A stretch of DNA of 64,000 nt from a virus, in IMG/VR virus record IMGVR_UViG_3300010398_001198, positions 58,664 to 122,663 of that record, one strand, 5' to 3'. Under the pieces are notes generated by a model. That model searched no databases. It was not told where the DNA came from and saw only the letters and a list, made by a program, of their open reading frames with translations. Made by a program: the position numbers and the translations under genes. Shown here piece after piece: positions 19,203 to 28,321 of this stretch. How positions within the stretch are numbered: the first letter of the stretch is position 1; each line of letters begins with the position of its first letter.

Positions 19203-20458
19203 GAATGCTGCTGGTAGGGCTGCTGCTCAGCCTCGCGATGCGGGTGCAGGCCGGGGAGGTGACGCTGGCCTTTGAGTATGAGCTCGACTTGCAATCCTCG
19301 GTCTCGTTTACCTTGCATGTGGTGGGCGCCCATGGGGGGCAGGCTGCCGCCCAGGATCTGCCGGTGGCGCTGTTGCCTCGGTGTCCGACGACGGCCACGT
19401 TTACCCCGCTCGTCGAGACCGTCTGTGTGCAGCTCTGCCTGGAGCCGGATGACTATAGTCTCACGGCGCAGGCGCATCGGGGCGTCGAAGCGAGCCCGTT
19501 CTCCAACATCCTGGACGTGGACCTGCGCGTGACCACGCCCTGTACCCTGCCGCTGCCTCCACCCCCGCCGGACAAGAAGCGCCATGCCTTTCCCATTCCG
19601 CCGCCCCCTCTTCCCATCCCCGTCGCGACGGATACGGTACTGGCCGATCTCCCCAATCCAGGATGCGTGACGTGGAAGATCACGGGTGCCTGCTTCTGCA
19701 ATCCGTTCACCCCCTGCGTGTCGGTCTCCTATTATGAGCCGGCCTATCTCGTCGAGGTGGTGAAGCAGCCCGGCACCACGCTGCTCACACTGGGGCAACC
19801 GCTGCTCGCGGCGGCGCTGAAGGCCGCCGGACTCAGTCTGTGGGGTGGGGGTGGCGCAGCCAATGCGACCGGCGACGGGCAGACGAATAAACATTATGCC
19901 GAGGCGCACGTGTGGCAATTTCCGCAGCTCCTCGGCGGCCCCTGCACGGGCTGTGCGCCGAGTGGGACGTTCACGCTGCACTACGCCAGCGAGCTCGATC
20001 TGCCCACCTGGCGCACCGCCACGGCGGCTCCCACGCCGCTCGACCTGGTGCAGCAGATTGGTGTCTGGGCGCGGCTCTATCCGCGTGGCGGCACGGTCAT
20101 CCATTCCAGCGAAGTCATCGCCAGTGCGGTCACGGCGATCCGGGCCATGGACATTACCCGGCAGCCCATTGGCACCCCGCCCAACGTCGATGTCCATCGC
20201 ATTCTGCAACCGATCCCGGACGATCATACCTGTGCCCAGATGGCGCTGCCCAAGCGTCTGCCCTGCATGACGCCGGGCACACCTCCGCCCCTGTGGGAAA
20301 CCGGGACGACCTCGAAACAGGGAAACTATTTACTGGTCTTTTGGCGTCAACGTACGTGCTGCGTCGAACCTGCACGCGCCACCTGCGGCATCACCGTGCC
20401 GGGTGTGGGTGGCCAAGGAGCCAATCTATGTCTGTTACCACCCTTGCCTACGCCGTAG
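19199..20458 (+). CDS. traU: TraU-family protein with extra N-terminal Fn3-like domain
   Basis: CVTWKITGACFC, VSYYEP, HYASELD..TWR, W..LYPRGG, Cys-rich C-terminus. Confidence 0.8.
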   Translation: MRMLLVGLLLSLAMRVQAGEVTLAFEYELDLQSSVSFTLHVVGAHGGQAAAQDLPVALLPRCPTTATFTPLVETVCVQLCLEPDDYSLTAQAHRGVEASPFSNILDVDLRVTTPCTLPLPPPPPDKKRHAFPIPPPPLPIPVATDTVLADLPNPGCVTWKITGACFCNPFTPCVSVSYYEPAYLVEVVKQPGTTLLTLGQPLLAAALKAAGLSLWGGGGAANATGDGQTNKHYAEAHVWQFPQLLGGPCTGCAPSGTFTLHYASELDLPTWRTATAAPTPLDLVQQIGVWARLYPRGGTVIHSSEVIASAVTAIRAMDITRQPIGTPPNVDVHRILQPIPDDHTCAQMALPKRLPCMTPGTPPPLWETGTTSKQGNYLLVFWRQRTCCVEPARATCGITVPGVGGQGANLCLLPPLPTP

Positions 20459-20778
20459 GGTTCAGTCTGCTGCTGTGGGGCATCCCCAGCCAGGCCCAGG
20501 ATGTCCGCTTTCACGACTGCGGACCGGCCATGCTGTTTCTGGGGGACTGTGCGCCGCCGCCTGACAGCAGTGCACCGCCTGTCCCGGTGGCACCACCCTC
20601 GCCGCTCTTTACTCCAGAGACGGTGGCGCGGGATACCCCGCCCGTCATGCTCGACTTGCTCAATGAGCCCACGCCGGACCGTGCCCGTGCCTTTCTGGCT
20701 TGGCAACAGACACGCCTTGCCCGTATCAAGGAGGTGACCGCGCTGCTCCAACGTCTGGCAAAGGAGCGGCAACCATGA
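20428..20778 (+). CDS. Exported conjugation accessory protein (TraF/TrbC N-terminal-like)
   Basis: Signal peptide, LLNEPTPDRARAFLAWQ; RBS AAGGAG. Confidence 0.5.
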   Translation: MSVTTLAYAVGFSLLLWGIPSQAQDVRFHDCGPAMLFLGDCAPPPDSSAPPVPVAPPSPLFTPETVARDTPPVMLDLLNEPTPDRARAFLAWQQTRLARIKEVTALLQRLAKERQP

Positions 20779-21131
20779 AGGAGACCATCCTGTTACCCGT
20801 CCGTCCGCAGGGCCGTGGCACCTCGACGCAGACGCGCTGGGCACGCTGGCAGGACTCCGCCACCAATCAGCGCTTCTTGTCGCTGAAGGCTCGCGAGCAA
20901 GGGTACACCGTGGTCTATGTGCCCCGGCAGTGTGAAGAGGTGTTCCTCGAGTTCGTCGGGCTGATGACGGTCTACAGCCATCTCGCCCCGCGGCGGGCCT
21001 GTCCCGAGGATGTCACGCTGGCCTGGCAGCGCTGGTGTACGCTGCTGCGCCGCCTGACGGCCTATTTTACCCGACGGCGTGCCGGTCAGTCTGGCACCTG
21101 TCCCCTTATGGAGGAGGAATCACATGCGTAA
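20775..21131 (+). CDS. Hypothetical protein
   Basis: 118 aa, coupled to neighbours. Confidence 0.55.
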   Translation: MKETILLPVRPQGRGTSTQTRWARWQDSATNQRFLSLKAREQGYTVVYVPRQCEEVFLEFVGLMTVYSHLAPRRACPEDVTLAWQRWCTLLRRLTAYFTRRRAGQSGTCPLMEEESHA

Positions 21132-21450
21132 AGCGCTCTGGTGGGGGCTGCTGTGTGGCATGCTCTGGCTGGCGAGTGTCGGTGGGGCGGCCTGGCTGCT
21201 GCACCGTTTTGCCCTCGCGCCACGTCCTGGGGATTTTGAACGGATCGCCATGTTTCGGATGGGTCTGGATGCCGCCATGGTGGAAGTGGAGTGTCTGGGG
21301 TTACGACCCCCCTACCGTGCGTGGCATAAGGATCAGGACTATGTCAACCTGTTATTTTTTGCGCAACCGGCGAGTTGTGACACGCTCCAGCATGTGCTGG
21401 ATATCGCGCATCAACCCTTCTCCCTGCGGGCCCCGGAACGGAGATTCTAA
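21124..21450 (+). CDS. Membrane-anchored hypothetical protein
   Basis: N-terminal TM, RBS GGAGG. Confidence 0.55.
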   Translation: MRKALWWGLLCGMLWLASVGGAAWLLHRFALAPRPGDFERIAMFRMGLDAAMVEVECLGLRPPYRAWHKDQDYVNLLFFAQPASCDTLQHVLDIAHQPFSLRAPERRF

Positions 21451-21453
21451 GCG

Positions 21454-23304
21454 ATGCCTCTCAGTGCGAAATTCCCTGCCCTTGAGACCACGTTGACTGC
21501 GCTCGCGGGTGGGCTGTGTCTGGCGAGTGGCTTCGGGCCTCCAGTCCTCCTGCCTGCTGCAGTCCAGCCCCTGGCGCTGGCGGCAGCGGGGGCCTGGGGT
21601 CTGCGGCGCACGCTCGCCCTCGATCACGCCCTCGCCCGCTGGTGGCGCTGGCATCATGGCCCCTCATGGCGCGTCACCGTCGATGTCCTGTCCCACGTCG
21701 AGGGCTGCCTCCTCGGCAAAGCCTTTCGGCTGGAAGCCCGCCACACGCAACTCCTTGAGGATATTCTGCGCACCGATGGCGCCCTGCCGCTCGACCGTGG
21801 CCCCCGCGGGGGCTATCCCCTGCTGCATGCCGTCGGGGAGGCAGAGGAAGTAGACCAGGTGCTCTCCGATGCCGAACTGGGGCGCCACACGCTGATCACG
21901 GGCACGCCAGGGAGTGGCAAAACCCGCGCCCTCGCCATGATTGCCTCGTCGCTCATGCAACGGCCGGGAGCGGTGGTCATGATCGATCCCAAAGGCGACC
22001 GCGAGCTCATGCTGCACTGTGCGGCGGAAGCCAAGCGCCACGGCAAACCCTGGGCCGTGCTTACCCCGGCCTTTCCGCAGCTCTCGGCCACCATGAACGT
22101 CCTGGATACCTGTCGTACCCCCGCCGAAGTGGCCATGCGCGTGCATGCCCTGATGCCGAGTGCCGGCGGCCGCAGCAATGAGCCGTTCTTTGAACAGTAT
22201 GCCCTGGCGTTGATCGAACGCATTGCCGATATCCAGCAACGCTTGGGGCAGCAGCATGGGCATCCGGTCGGGAATCCCTGGACGCTTGCGGACCTCTATC
22301 GCCCTGCAGTGCTCCGGCTGGATCTGCTCATGCTCGTTGATACCTATCTCGAGGCCATCGGTATCCCCAACACCCCGTTCAAGGGACGGAAGGGGAGCCG
22401 CTTCGACCATCGCTTTGCCCATTACCGGGCCACAGGATTGCGGGACATGACGATCGATGCGCTCCTGGATGACCTGGAGAAACCGCGGGACCATTTCACC
22501 AAAGTAACGGCGACCCTGATTCCTACCTTTAGGGGCGTGGTGGGGGAACCGCTGGAACGCCTGCTCTCCACGGTGCCGGCCGACCTCACCTGGACGCGCA
22601 TCGCGGAGGACGGGATGGTGGTGTATGTGGCGCTGGCTTCGATGCTGTTAGGGGATGATGCCAACCGCATTGGCCGCGTCATCCTGCAAGACCTCATCGG
22701 CTTTCTCGGCCAACGGTATGCGTACGCAGATGCGGCACAGGCTTCGCCCATTACCGTGCTCGTGGACGAGCTCTATGAGGTGCTCTATCCGCAGTTTACG
22801 ACCGCCCTGGCCATGTCCCGTGGCGCCCGGTGTCGGTGGATTCTGGCGCAGCAGTCCCTCGCCCATACGGCGGCGAAACTTGGACGCGATACCGCCCGCG
22901 TGCTGCTCGATAACTGTACGACGCGCCTCTATTTCCAACTCGCCGACAAGGAGACTGCCGAAGATGTCTCGGAGAGCTTGGGGACCTGTACGATTGACGT
23001 GCCGGCGCGGCGGCCTGACGTGACCAATGCCTACGGCGGGAGTGGCGGATTGGCCGGTGCGGCCCGCAAGGGCTTCAAGGCAGAACGGGTGCCACTCATC
23101 CGGCCCGAGTGGCTCTATGCGCTCCCCATTGGGGAGTATGTGGGCCGGATTCAAGGGGTGCCCGTCAAAGGGCGCATCCCGTTGCTCACCCTGCCGGATG
23201 AGGCAGCACGGACCCAGTTGGGCTTGCACGATCCCTGGCAGGCCCTCAACCCGGCAGCCCCACGGCTGCTGCCAATGCCAACGACAGAGGAGATCGCACC
23301 ATGA
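21454..23304 (+). CDS. traD: Type IV coupling protein TraD/VirD4
   Basis: N-terminal TMs, HTLITGTPGSGKT, VVMIDPKGD, VLVDE, SRGA, QSL...NCTT. Confidence 0.92.
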   Translation: MPLSAKFPALETTLTALAGGLCLASGFGPPVLLPAAVQPLALAAAGAWGLRRTLALDHALARWWRWHHGPSWRVTVDVLSHVEGCLLGKAFRLEARHTQLLEDILRTDGALPLDRGPRGGYPLLHAVGEAEEVDQVLSDAELGRHTLITGTPGSGKTRALAMIASSLMQRPGAVVMIDPKGDRELMLHCAAEAKRHGKPWAVLTPAFPQLSATMNVLDTCRTPAEVAMRVHALMPSAGGRSNEPFFEQYALALIERIADIQQRLGQQHGHPVGNPWTLADLYRPAVLRLDLLMLVDTYLEAIGIPNTPFKGRKGSRFDHRFAHYRATGLRDMTIDALLDDLEKPRDHFTKVTATLIPTFRGVVGEPLERLLSTVPADLTWTRIAEDGMVVYVALASMLLGDDANRIGRVILQDLIGFLGQRYAYADAAQASPITVLVDELYEVLYPQFTTALAMSRGARCRWILAQQSLAHTAAKLGRDTARVLLDNCTTRLYFQLADKETAEDVSESLGTCTIDVPARRPDVTNAYGGSGGLAGAARKGFKAERVPLIRPEWLYALPIGEYVGRIQGVPVKGRIPLLTLPDEAARTQLGLHDPWQALNPAAPRLLPMPTTEEIAP

Positions 23305-23681
23305 GACGACTACTCATCCTGGGCCTGAGTGTGGCCCTCACGGGCTGTGTCGCCACAGGCACGAAAGTCAGCCAGGACCGGCTGACCCACTTTGCCGAAG
23401 GGCAGACGCTCTGTACCGACATGGTGGCCGAGCTCGGGCCACCGACGCAGGAGACCCTGCGCAGTGACAAGACCCGCCAACTCACCTATAGCTACAGTCA
23501 GATGCAGGTGAATCCCCTGTCCTTTATCCCGGTGGCCGGCGCGTTTATCCGGAGCGGGAGCCAGGAGAACACGGCGGTGCTGATCGAATGTGATGCGCGG
23601 GGGGTGCTGGTCACCTACGAGTTGCAGCAGGGGCAGAGCACGACCGGGACCGGGTTCGTGAGTGGGGGGCGGCAAAAGTAG
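23301..23681 (+). CDS. Lipoprotein (SmpA/BamE-like), possible entry/surface exclusion factor
   Basis: Lipobox LTGC, ELGPP, TYSY..FIP; exclusion role inferred from position only. Confidence 0.6.
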   Translation: MRRLLILGLSVALTGCVATGTKVSQDRLTHFAEGQTLCTDMVAELGPPTQETLRSDKTRQLTYSYSQMQVNPLSFIPVAGAFIRSGSQENTAVLIECDARGVLVTYELQQGQSTTGTGFVSGGRQK

Positions 23682-23800
23682 CCGCCCGCTGGGTAGTGAC
23701 GGCGGAGCGAGCGGACGCGGCTTTCGCCCTTGCCTCACAGGGGGTTCGAGGGCGGGTGTCGCGGCCTGGCGCAAGTGACAGACCGGAAGCGAGGTGGGGA

Positions 23801-24712
23801 ATGCCGACCTTAGAGGGGCAGTTGGATGCGCTCACGCGGCGCAACCGGGATGGCTCGCACAAGACGCAGGGGGATCGGCGGCGTATGTTGCATTTGTTTG
23901 CGCGGCAACTGCATGAGTTAGGGTATCGGCAGTTGCGGGCGCAGGATCTGAAGGGGCGGCATCGGAACAAGTTGCTGGCATTGTGGGAGACGCAAGGGAT
24001 TACGGCGAAGGTGCGAGCGAATCGCATGGCGGTGCTGAACTGGTGGTATGAGAAGATTGGGAAGCCGGAGCTGATGGCGCGGCGCAATGCGGCGTATGGG
24101 ATCGCACGGCCAGAGCCGGTCGTCGTCTCGCGGGCGAAGGTGCTCAGTGCGGCGCAGCTCCTGCAGGTCGAGGATGCGTATGTGCAGATGAGTTTACGGC
24201 TGATCCAGGCCTTTGGGCTGCGGCGCAAGGAGAGTCTGATGCTGTGTCCCCATGCGGCAGATGGGGGCGCAGTCCTGCATATCATGTTCAATTGGGCGAA
24301 GAATGGGCGGGCGCGGCAGATACCGATCGTGCAGCCGGGCCAGCGAGAGGTCTTAGAGGTGGCCAAGGCGCTGGTCCGAGAGCCGGCCGCATCACTCGTG
24401 CCGGTGGACCGGACCTTCATCGAGCAAGAGAAGCGGTTTGATGCATGGGTACACAAGATTGGATTGGGCGGTGCGCATGGGTTGCGGCATGCCTGGGCAC
24501 AGGCGCGCTATGGGGTCCTCAGTGGGATGGCCTGTCCCTTGCTGGGGGGACCGTTGTGGTCCGCGATGACCCGTGACGAGCGCCAGCAGGATCGCCAGGC
24601 GCGGCAGGAGTTGACACGGGAATTGGGGCATGAGCGCGTGAGTCAAGTGGCCACCTATATCGGCACGAATCGGCCTGTACGTCCTCGCAGCGTCTCACCA
24701 TCAAGTGATTAG
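23801..24712 (+). CDS. Tyrosine recombinase (Integrase_1-type), candidate relaxase
   Basis: Catalytic set FGLRRKES, WAKNGR, HGLRH, LGHER, ATYIG; N-terminus GSHKTQGDRRRML. Confidence 0.85.
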   Translation: MPTLEGQLDALTRRNRDGSHKTQGDRRRMLHLFARQLHELGYRQLRAQDLKGRHRNKLLALWETQGITAKVRANRMAVLNWWYEKIGKPELMARRNAAYGIARPEPVVVSRAKVLSAAQLLQVEDAYVQMSLRLIQAFGLRRKESLMLCPHAADGGAVLHIMFNWAKNGRARQIPIVQPGQREVLEVAKALVREPAASLVPVDRTFIEQEKRFDAWVHKIGLGGAHGLRHAWAQARYGVLSGMACPLLGGPLWSAMTRDERQQDRQARQELTRELGHERVSQVATYIGTNRPVRPRSVSPSSD

Positions 24713-24746
24713 AGTCAGTGGGGCATGCATCTGGGTTCCTCCAGGG

Positions 24747-24880
24747 CATGGGAGTATCTCCGGACTCCCCCCATGAGACGCGATGCTGTCACCGTAGTAA
24801 GCAGCACCAGACGACCGAATCTATAGAAACAGCACAGTCAAAGAGCGGCCTGAGACGAGGTGCTGTTCACCCGTCTCAGG
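24747..24880. promoter_or_regulatory. Inverted-repeat cluster, candidate oriT/recombination site
   Basis: CATGGGAGT/ACTCCCCCCATG (24747-24775) and CCTGAGACG-A-GGTG-CTGTT-CACC-CGTCTCAGG (24849-24880) in a gene-free gap. Confidence 0.35.
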
Positions 24881-25482
24881 GTCCATCGGGACTTAGGGTG
24901 TCAGCGCAGGGCCGGCACCGTAGAGCTGGGACAGGAGCGCCTTGAACTGCGGCCAGGAGCCGAGTCCAGGCGGCGGAGGTGCAGGAGGCACCGCCATGGG
25001 GGGAGCGGCTGTGGGCGACGGCGAGCGGCGGGGGCTCCAGGACCGCGGAGCGAGACGCCAGCCAGCGGGCCGGACACAGCGAGAATGGGGCTCACCATAG
25101 AACACGGGCGATGTCTCGAACATACGCAACCTCCTTGGGCTGGTGCGCGGGCGGCAGACGACTGGCTGTGTGGTCATTGCGAGCCGCGCCTGGCGGGTGC
25201 ATAACCCAACCAGACGCAGCACAGGCAAGACGACCTGAGCCACGCAACGTCGTATCGCAGCGCATCAGCAGGGAAAAGGGCTGTGACGGGGGTAGAGAGG
25301 GTGTCACAGCAGGAGCCCAACGGTGTGGGCAGGCGTACCAGGAGTGGTACGGAGGACCGGCCCAAAGAGCCGGGGTGCTAGGCGCATGCCTAACAGATAC
25401 GCACAGTGTAGCCTGGGCAGGCGAGGGAACGCAAGCAAAATGTTCCCCCTGGAGACCGGCACGAGGGGGCCGCAGCGGGCGC

Positions 25483-25791
25483 TTACTTGCCGACGATGGC
25501 CTGATGGCTCTCTTCCGCGATCTTGATGAGCGCCACGCGCAAGGCGGCCTCATAGTCCCCGCCGGCGAGCCGCGTCTGTTGATAGGTCAGCAGGAACATG
25601 GCGAGGTGGTCGCGATAGCGGTCGGGCAGGTAGGGCAGGACGGTGCCCTGTTGCAGGGCGGTGACGGCCTGCCGAATGTCCGGTTCTGGAGCAAGGGGGG
25701 CATCTGCCTGGACGGGCCAGAGCAGCGTCAGGAGGCAGAGCCCGGTGAGGACAGGACGTAGAGCGGCGAATCGTACGAGAGTCGTGATCAT
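25483..25791 (-). CDS. Exported hypothetical protein
   Basis: Signal peptide ending VQA. Confidence 0.6.
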   Translation of the reverse strand: MITTLVRFAALRPVLTGLCLLTLLWPVQADAPLAPEPDIRQAVTALQQGTVLPYLPDRYRDHLAMFLLTYQQTRLAGGDYEAALRVALIKIAEESHQAIVGK

Positions 25792-25827
25792 AGGTGCTTT
25801 CCTTGCATGGTGGAAGAGAAGGCCCCG

Positions 25828-26049
25828 CTAGGGGGCCTCGTGCAGCGCCTCACGGTCGGCCTGGCGCTGCGTCAGCACGCGGTGCAGGTCGTCCACCGTG
25901 GTGGAGGGCATGACCCAGAGCACCTCAGCGGCAACGTGCAGCTCGATACTGCGGCGGACGGCCTTGGCCACGCGGACGGCCTCGGCGAAGACGGCCTCGA
26001 GGGGCGCGTCGGGGTGGGCCTTCAGGAGCAGAAAGGTCGGGTGCGTCAT
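25828..26049 (-). CDS. Hypothetical protein
   Basis: RBS AAGGAG, 73 aa. Confidence 0.55.
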   Translation of the reverse strand: MTHPTFLLLKAHPDAPLEAVFAEAVRVAKAVRRSIELHVAAEVLWVMPSTTVDDLHRVLTQRQADREALHEAP

Positions 26050-26270
26050 GGGGTCTCCTTCTTTGGTCGCTGTCTTTGCCATATCCACCCTCCGTGCTCA
26101 GACTCAGGTTCGATGGTCGTGACGAGGGCGAGCGCATCCTCAAAGAGACGGTCAAAGAACGCCCTGGGTTGTCCCGACGCCCCTGGATAGAGGGCAACAT
26201 AGCGTTTGGCAATGTCGAGCAATGCCTCAGCGGCCTGGGCGAGCCGTGCGTCACGGTTGTCTGGGGTCAT
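26046..26270 (-). CDS. Hypothetical protein
   Basis: RBS, coupled ORF. Confidence 0.55.
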   Translation of the reverse strand: MTPDNRDARLAQAAEALLDIAKRYVALYPGASGQPRAFFDRLFEDALALVTTIEPESEHGGWIWQRQRPKKETP

Positions 26271-26511
26271 CGTCGGTCTCCTTTCTGCCCGTGCGGGCGG
26301 GCGTGGTCTTGCGCCAGAGCGTCCGCCAGGGCGTCAGCATGGCATCCGAGGGCAGCAGCGTCACGGTGCCATCGTCGTGTTCCTCGACCAGGTACTCATC
26401 ATAGCCCTTGCCATAGTCGCGGCGATGGCGCTCGTAGGGAATGGGGGCGTAGCCGTCGAGATGGCGGCGGGGCCAGCGTCCGTAGGGACTGTTGGGGATC
26501 GTGAGGCTCAT
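26251..26511 (-). CDS. Hypothetical protein
   Basis: RBS AAGGAG, 86 aa. Confidence 0.55.
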   Translation of the reverse strand: MSLTIPNSPYGRWPRRHLDGYAPIPYERHRRDYGKGYDEYLVEEHDDGTVTLLPSDAMLTPWRTLWRKTTPARTGRKETDDDPRQP

Positions 26512-26523
26512 CGGTTCTCCTTG

Positions 26524-27039
26524 CTAGCTGTTGGCACGGAGATACAGCGCAAGACCATCATGCCGGCTGGGGTCGAGCGCCAGAATCTCATCGTAGACAT
26601 CAATGACCTCACGGGCAAACTGCCGCGCGGCCGTGCGCAGGCTGGCGATCCCGGAGTGACTACAGAATAGGGCCACGTCGCCGCGGATCTGTCCGGCAAA
26701 CTCCTCGGCCGTGCCAAAGAGATAGCTGACGTGCGGCGGCTTCTGGGCCAGCAGGACGGTGAGAAACGCCGTGGCCCAGATGGGGTTGGCCTCGATGCAG
26801 TAGACGCGGCGCGCATACTGCCCCAGGTGGAGAGCCAGGAGCCCCAGGCCTCCACCGATCTCCACCACGGTCTTGCCCTCCACCCGTGGGGCGAGATGGG
26901 CCGCGACGAGGGCGGCCGTCTCATCATCGGTGATGGTCAGGATACCGGCGGACGTGACCTGGTGGCGCTGGGCATAGGCGCGCAGCAGGTCTGAGCCCTC
27001 AAACGTGGCATAGAGGGTGTCAAGTAACTGGGCATTCAT
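26524..27039 (-). CDS. Class I SAM-dependent methyltransferase
   Basis: VVEIGGGLGLL motif I, VYCIEANP motif II. Confidence 0.8.
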   Translation of the reverse strand: MNAQLLDTLYATFEGSDLLRAYAQRHQVTSAGILTITDDETAALVAAHLAPRVEGKTVVEIGGGLGLLALHLGQYARRVYCIEANPIWATAFLTVLLAQKPPHVSYLFGTAEEFAGQIRGDVALFCSHSGIASLRTAARQFAREVIDVYDEILALDPSRHDGLALYLRANS

Positions 27040-27058
27040 AGGCATTCCTCCTTTCATG

Positions 27059-27313
27059 CTAGACGCGCCACAGCGGCGCCCGCAGCAGCCCATCGGCGTC
27101 CAGCCCCCGGGCCTCCTGCGTGCGGTCGAGGGCTGCGGCGGTGTCGATGGTCAGTTGCCCATTATTAAAGCCGAGCACAGGATATTGGTGCTCGGCTTTG
27201 TAGGCATCGTCCGGGGGCATCGCCAGGATGCCGACGACCATGATGAGGCGCCGGCCCTCTTTCTCGCCCACATCACGGGTAAACACTTGGCCGGTAATAT
27301 ACGGGGTCATCAA
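27059..27313 (-). CDS. Hypothetical protein
   Basis: RBS AAGGAG, 84 aa. Confidence 0.55.
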   Translation of the reverse strand: MMTPYITGQVFTRDVGEKEGRRLIMVVGILAMPPDDAYKAEHQYPVLGFNNGQLTIDTAAALDRTQEARGLDADGLLRAPLWRV

Positions 27314-27322
27314 GGCTCCTTG

Positions 27323-27898
27323 CTACGGCCTGGGCGGTTCTGCCGCCAGCGCCTTATAGATCGTCCTTCGCGAACACCCCAGCGTCTGGGCAATCGCCGT
27401 GATCTTCTCTCCCCCGCGTCGGAGCGCCTGCGCCTGCCGTTGTTTGTCCGGCGACAGCACCGGACGCCGTCCGCCCTTATGCCCCCGTGCCCGCGCCGCT
27501 TCAAGCCCGGCAATGACGCGCTCGCGGATCATCTCCCGTTCGAACTCGGCAAAGGCACCAAGCAGATCGAAGAACAGTTTGCCTGCCGTGCTCTGGAGGT
27601 CGAGGGCGGCGCCCAGGCCGTCCAGGATGTGCAGCCCAATCGCCTCAGTGCGGAAGTGGGCGGCGAGCTCTTGCAGATGGAGCAGGGACCGGGCCAGGCG
27701 GTCCAGCTTCCAGACGACGAGCGTATCGCCGCTGCGCAGCACCTGCAAACACTGCGCCAGCCCCGGACGTGCGGTGCGGGCACCGGAGGCTTTGTCGCCG
27801 TAGAGGTAGCGTTCGGGGACGCCAGCGGCCAGCAGGGCATCCCGTTGGAGGTCATACTTCTGGTCACGCGTCGAGACCCGCCAATAGCCGATAAGCAT
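27323..27898 (-). CDS. Small serine recombinase (resolvase/invertase) with C-terminal HTH
   Basis: IGYWRVSTRDQ, DKASG, GDTLVVWKLDRLARS, GL..ARARG..GGR. Confidence 0.95.
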   Translation of the reverse strand: MLIGYWRVSTRDQKYDLQRDALLAAGVPERYLYGDKASGARTARPGLAQCLQVLRSGDTLVVWKLDRLARSLLHLQELAAHFRTEAIGLHILDGLGAALDLQSTAGKLFFDLLGAFAEFEREMIRERVIAGLEAARARGHKGGRRPVLSPDKQRQAQALRRGGEKITAIAQTLGCSRRTIYKALAAEPPRP

Positions 27899-28005
27899 AC
27901 GATATGCCTCGCCTGCCAGCCTGTGGTATGCTAGCAGGTGCTCGTGTTGAATCCTGTGTGGTGCGAGCGAGCAACGCTCCCACGCTGCTCGCTCATCCTC
28001 ATCCT

Positions 28006-28203
28006 CTAGTGTTCGTGCCGTCCTTGGTCGTGATGCTCCTCGATCTTGTCTAACAGGCCGGGATGCTCCCGCTCAAAGGCCCGGCGCTCCGCCGCATCCT
28101 TCTCCTGCTGGGCACAGCGGCAATGTGTGGCACACTGTTCGCAATCGACACAGACGGGTTCCGCATTACACCGAGGGCATTCTTGCCAGAGTTGTCCACG
28201 CAT
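28006..28203 (-). CDS. Cys-rich small protein
   Basis: CPRC..VCVDCEQCATHCRC. Confidence 0.55.
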   Translation of the reverse strand: MRGQLWQECPRCNAEPVCVDCEQCATHCRCAQQEKDAAERRAFEREHPGLLDKIEEHHDQGRHEH

Positions 28204-28321
28204 AGGGTGCCTTTCCGTGGTTTGAGTTCCTCTCCCAATACGCACATATTGCTGCACACATTTGCCTGCCATCCAGGGGTTGTTCCTCCTTTCCCGTCCC
28301 CGTGGTCCTCAAACAGGTGTT

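Larger units (their letters stand above)
7464..24712 (+). mobile_element. Conjugative type IV secretion (MPF_F/PFGI-like) module
   Basis: Co-directional, tightly coupled genes in F-like order: pilin-L-E-K-B-V-C ... H-like, G_N, U, D. Confidence 0.9.

Noticed and set aside
24860-25761. Several overlapping ORFs in the gap after the recombinase
   Set aside because: No RBS or motif support and Pro/Arg-rich noise. A decayed gene cannot be excluded (e.g. FKALLSQLYG in 24893..25243).
27323-27898. Tn3-family transposon
   Set aside because: No transposase or 38-bp terminal inverted repeats seen.
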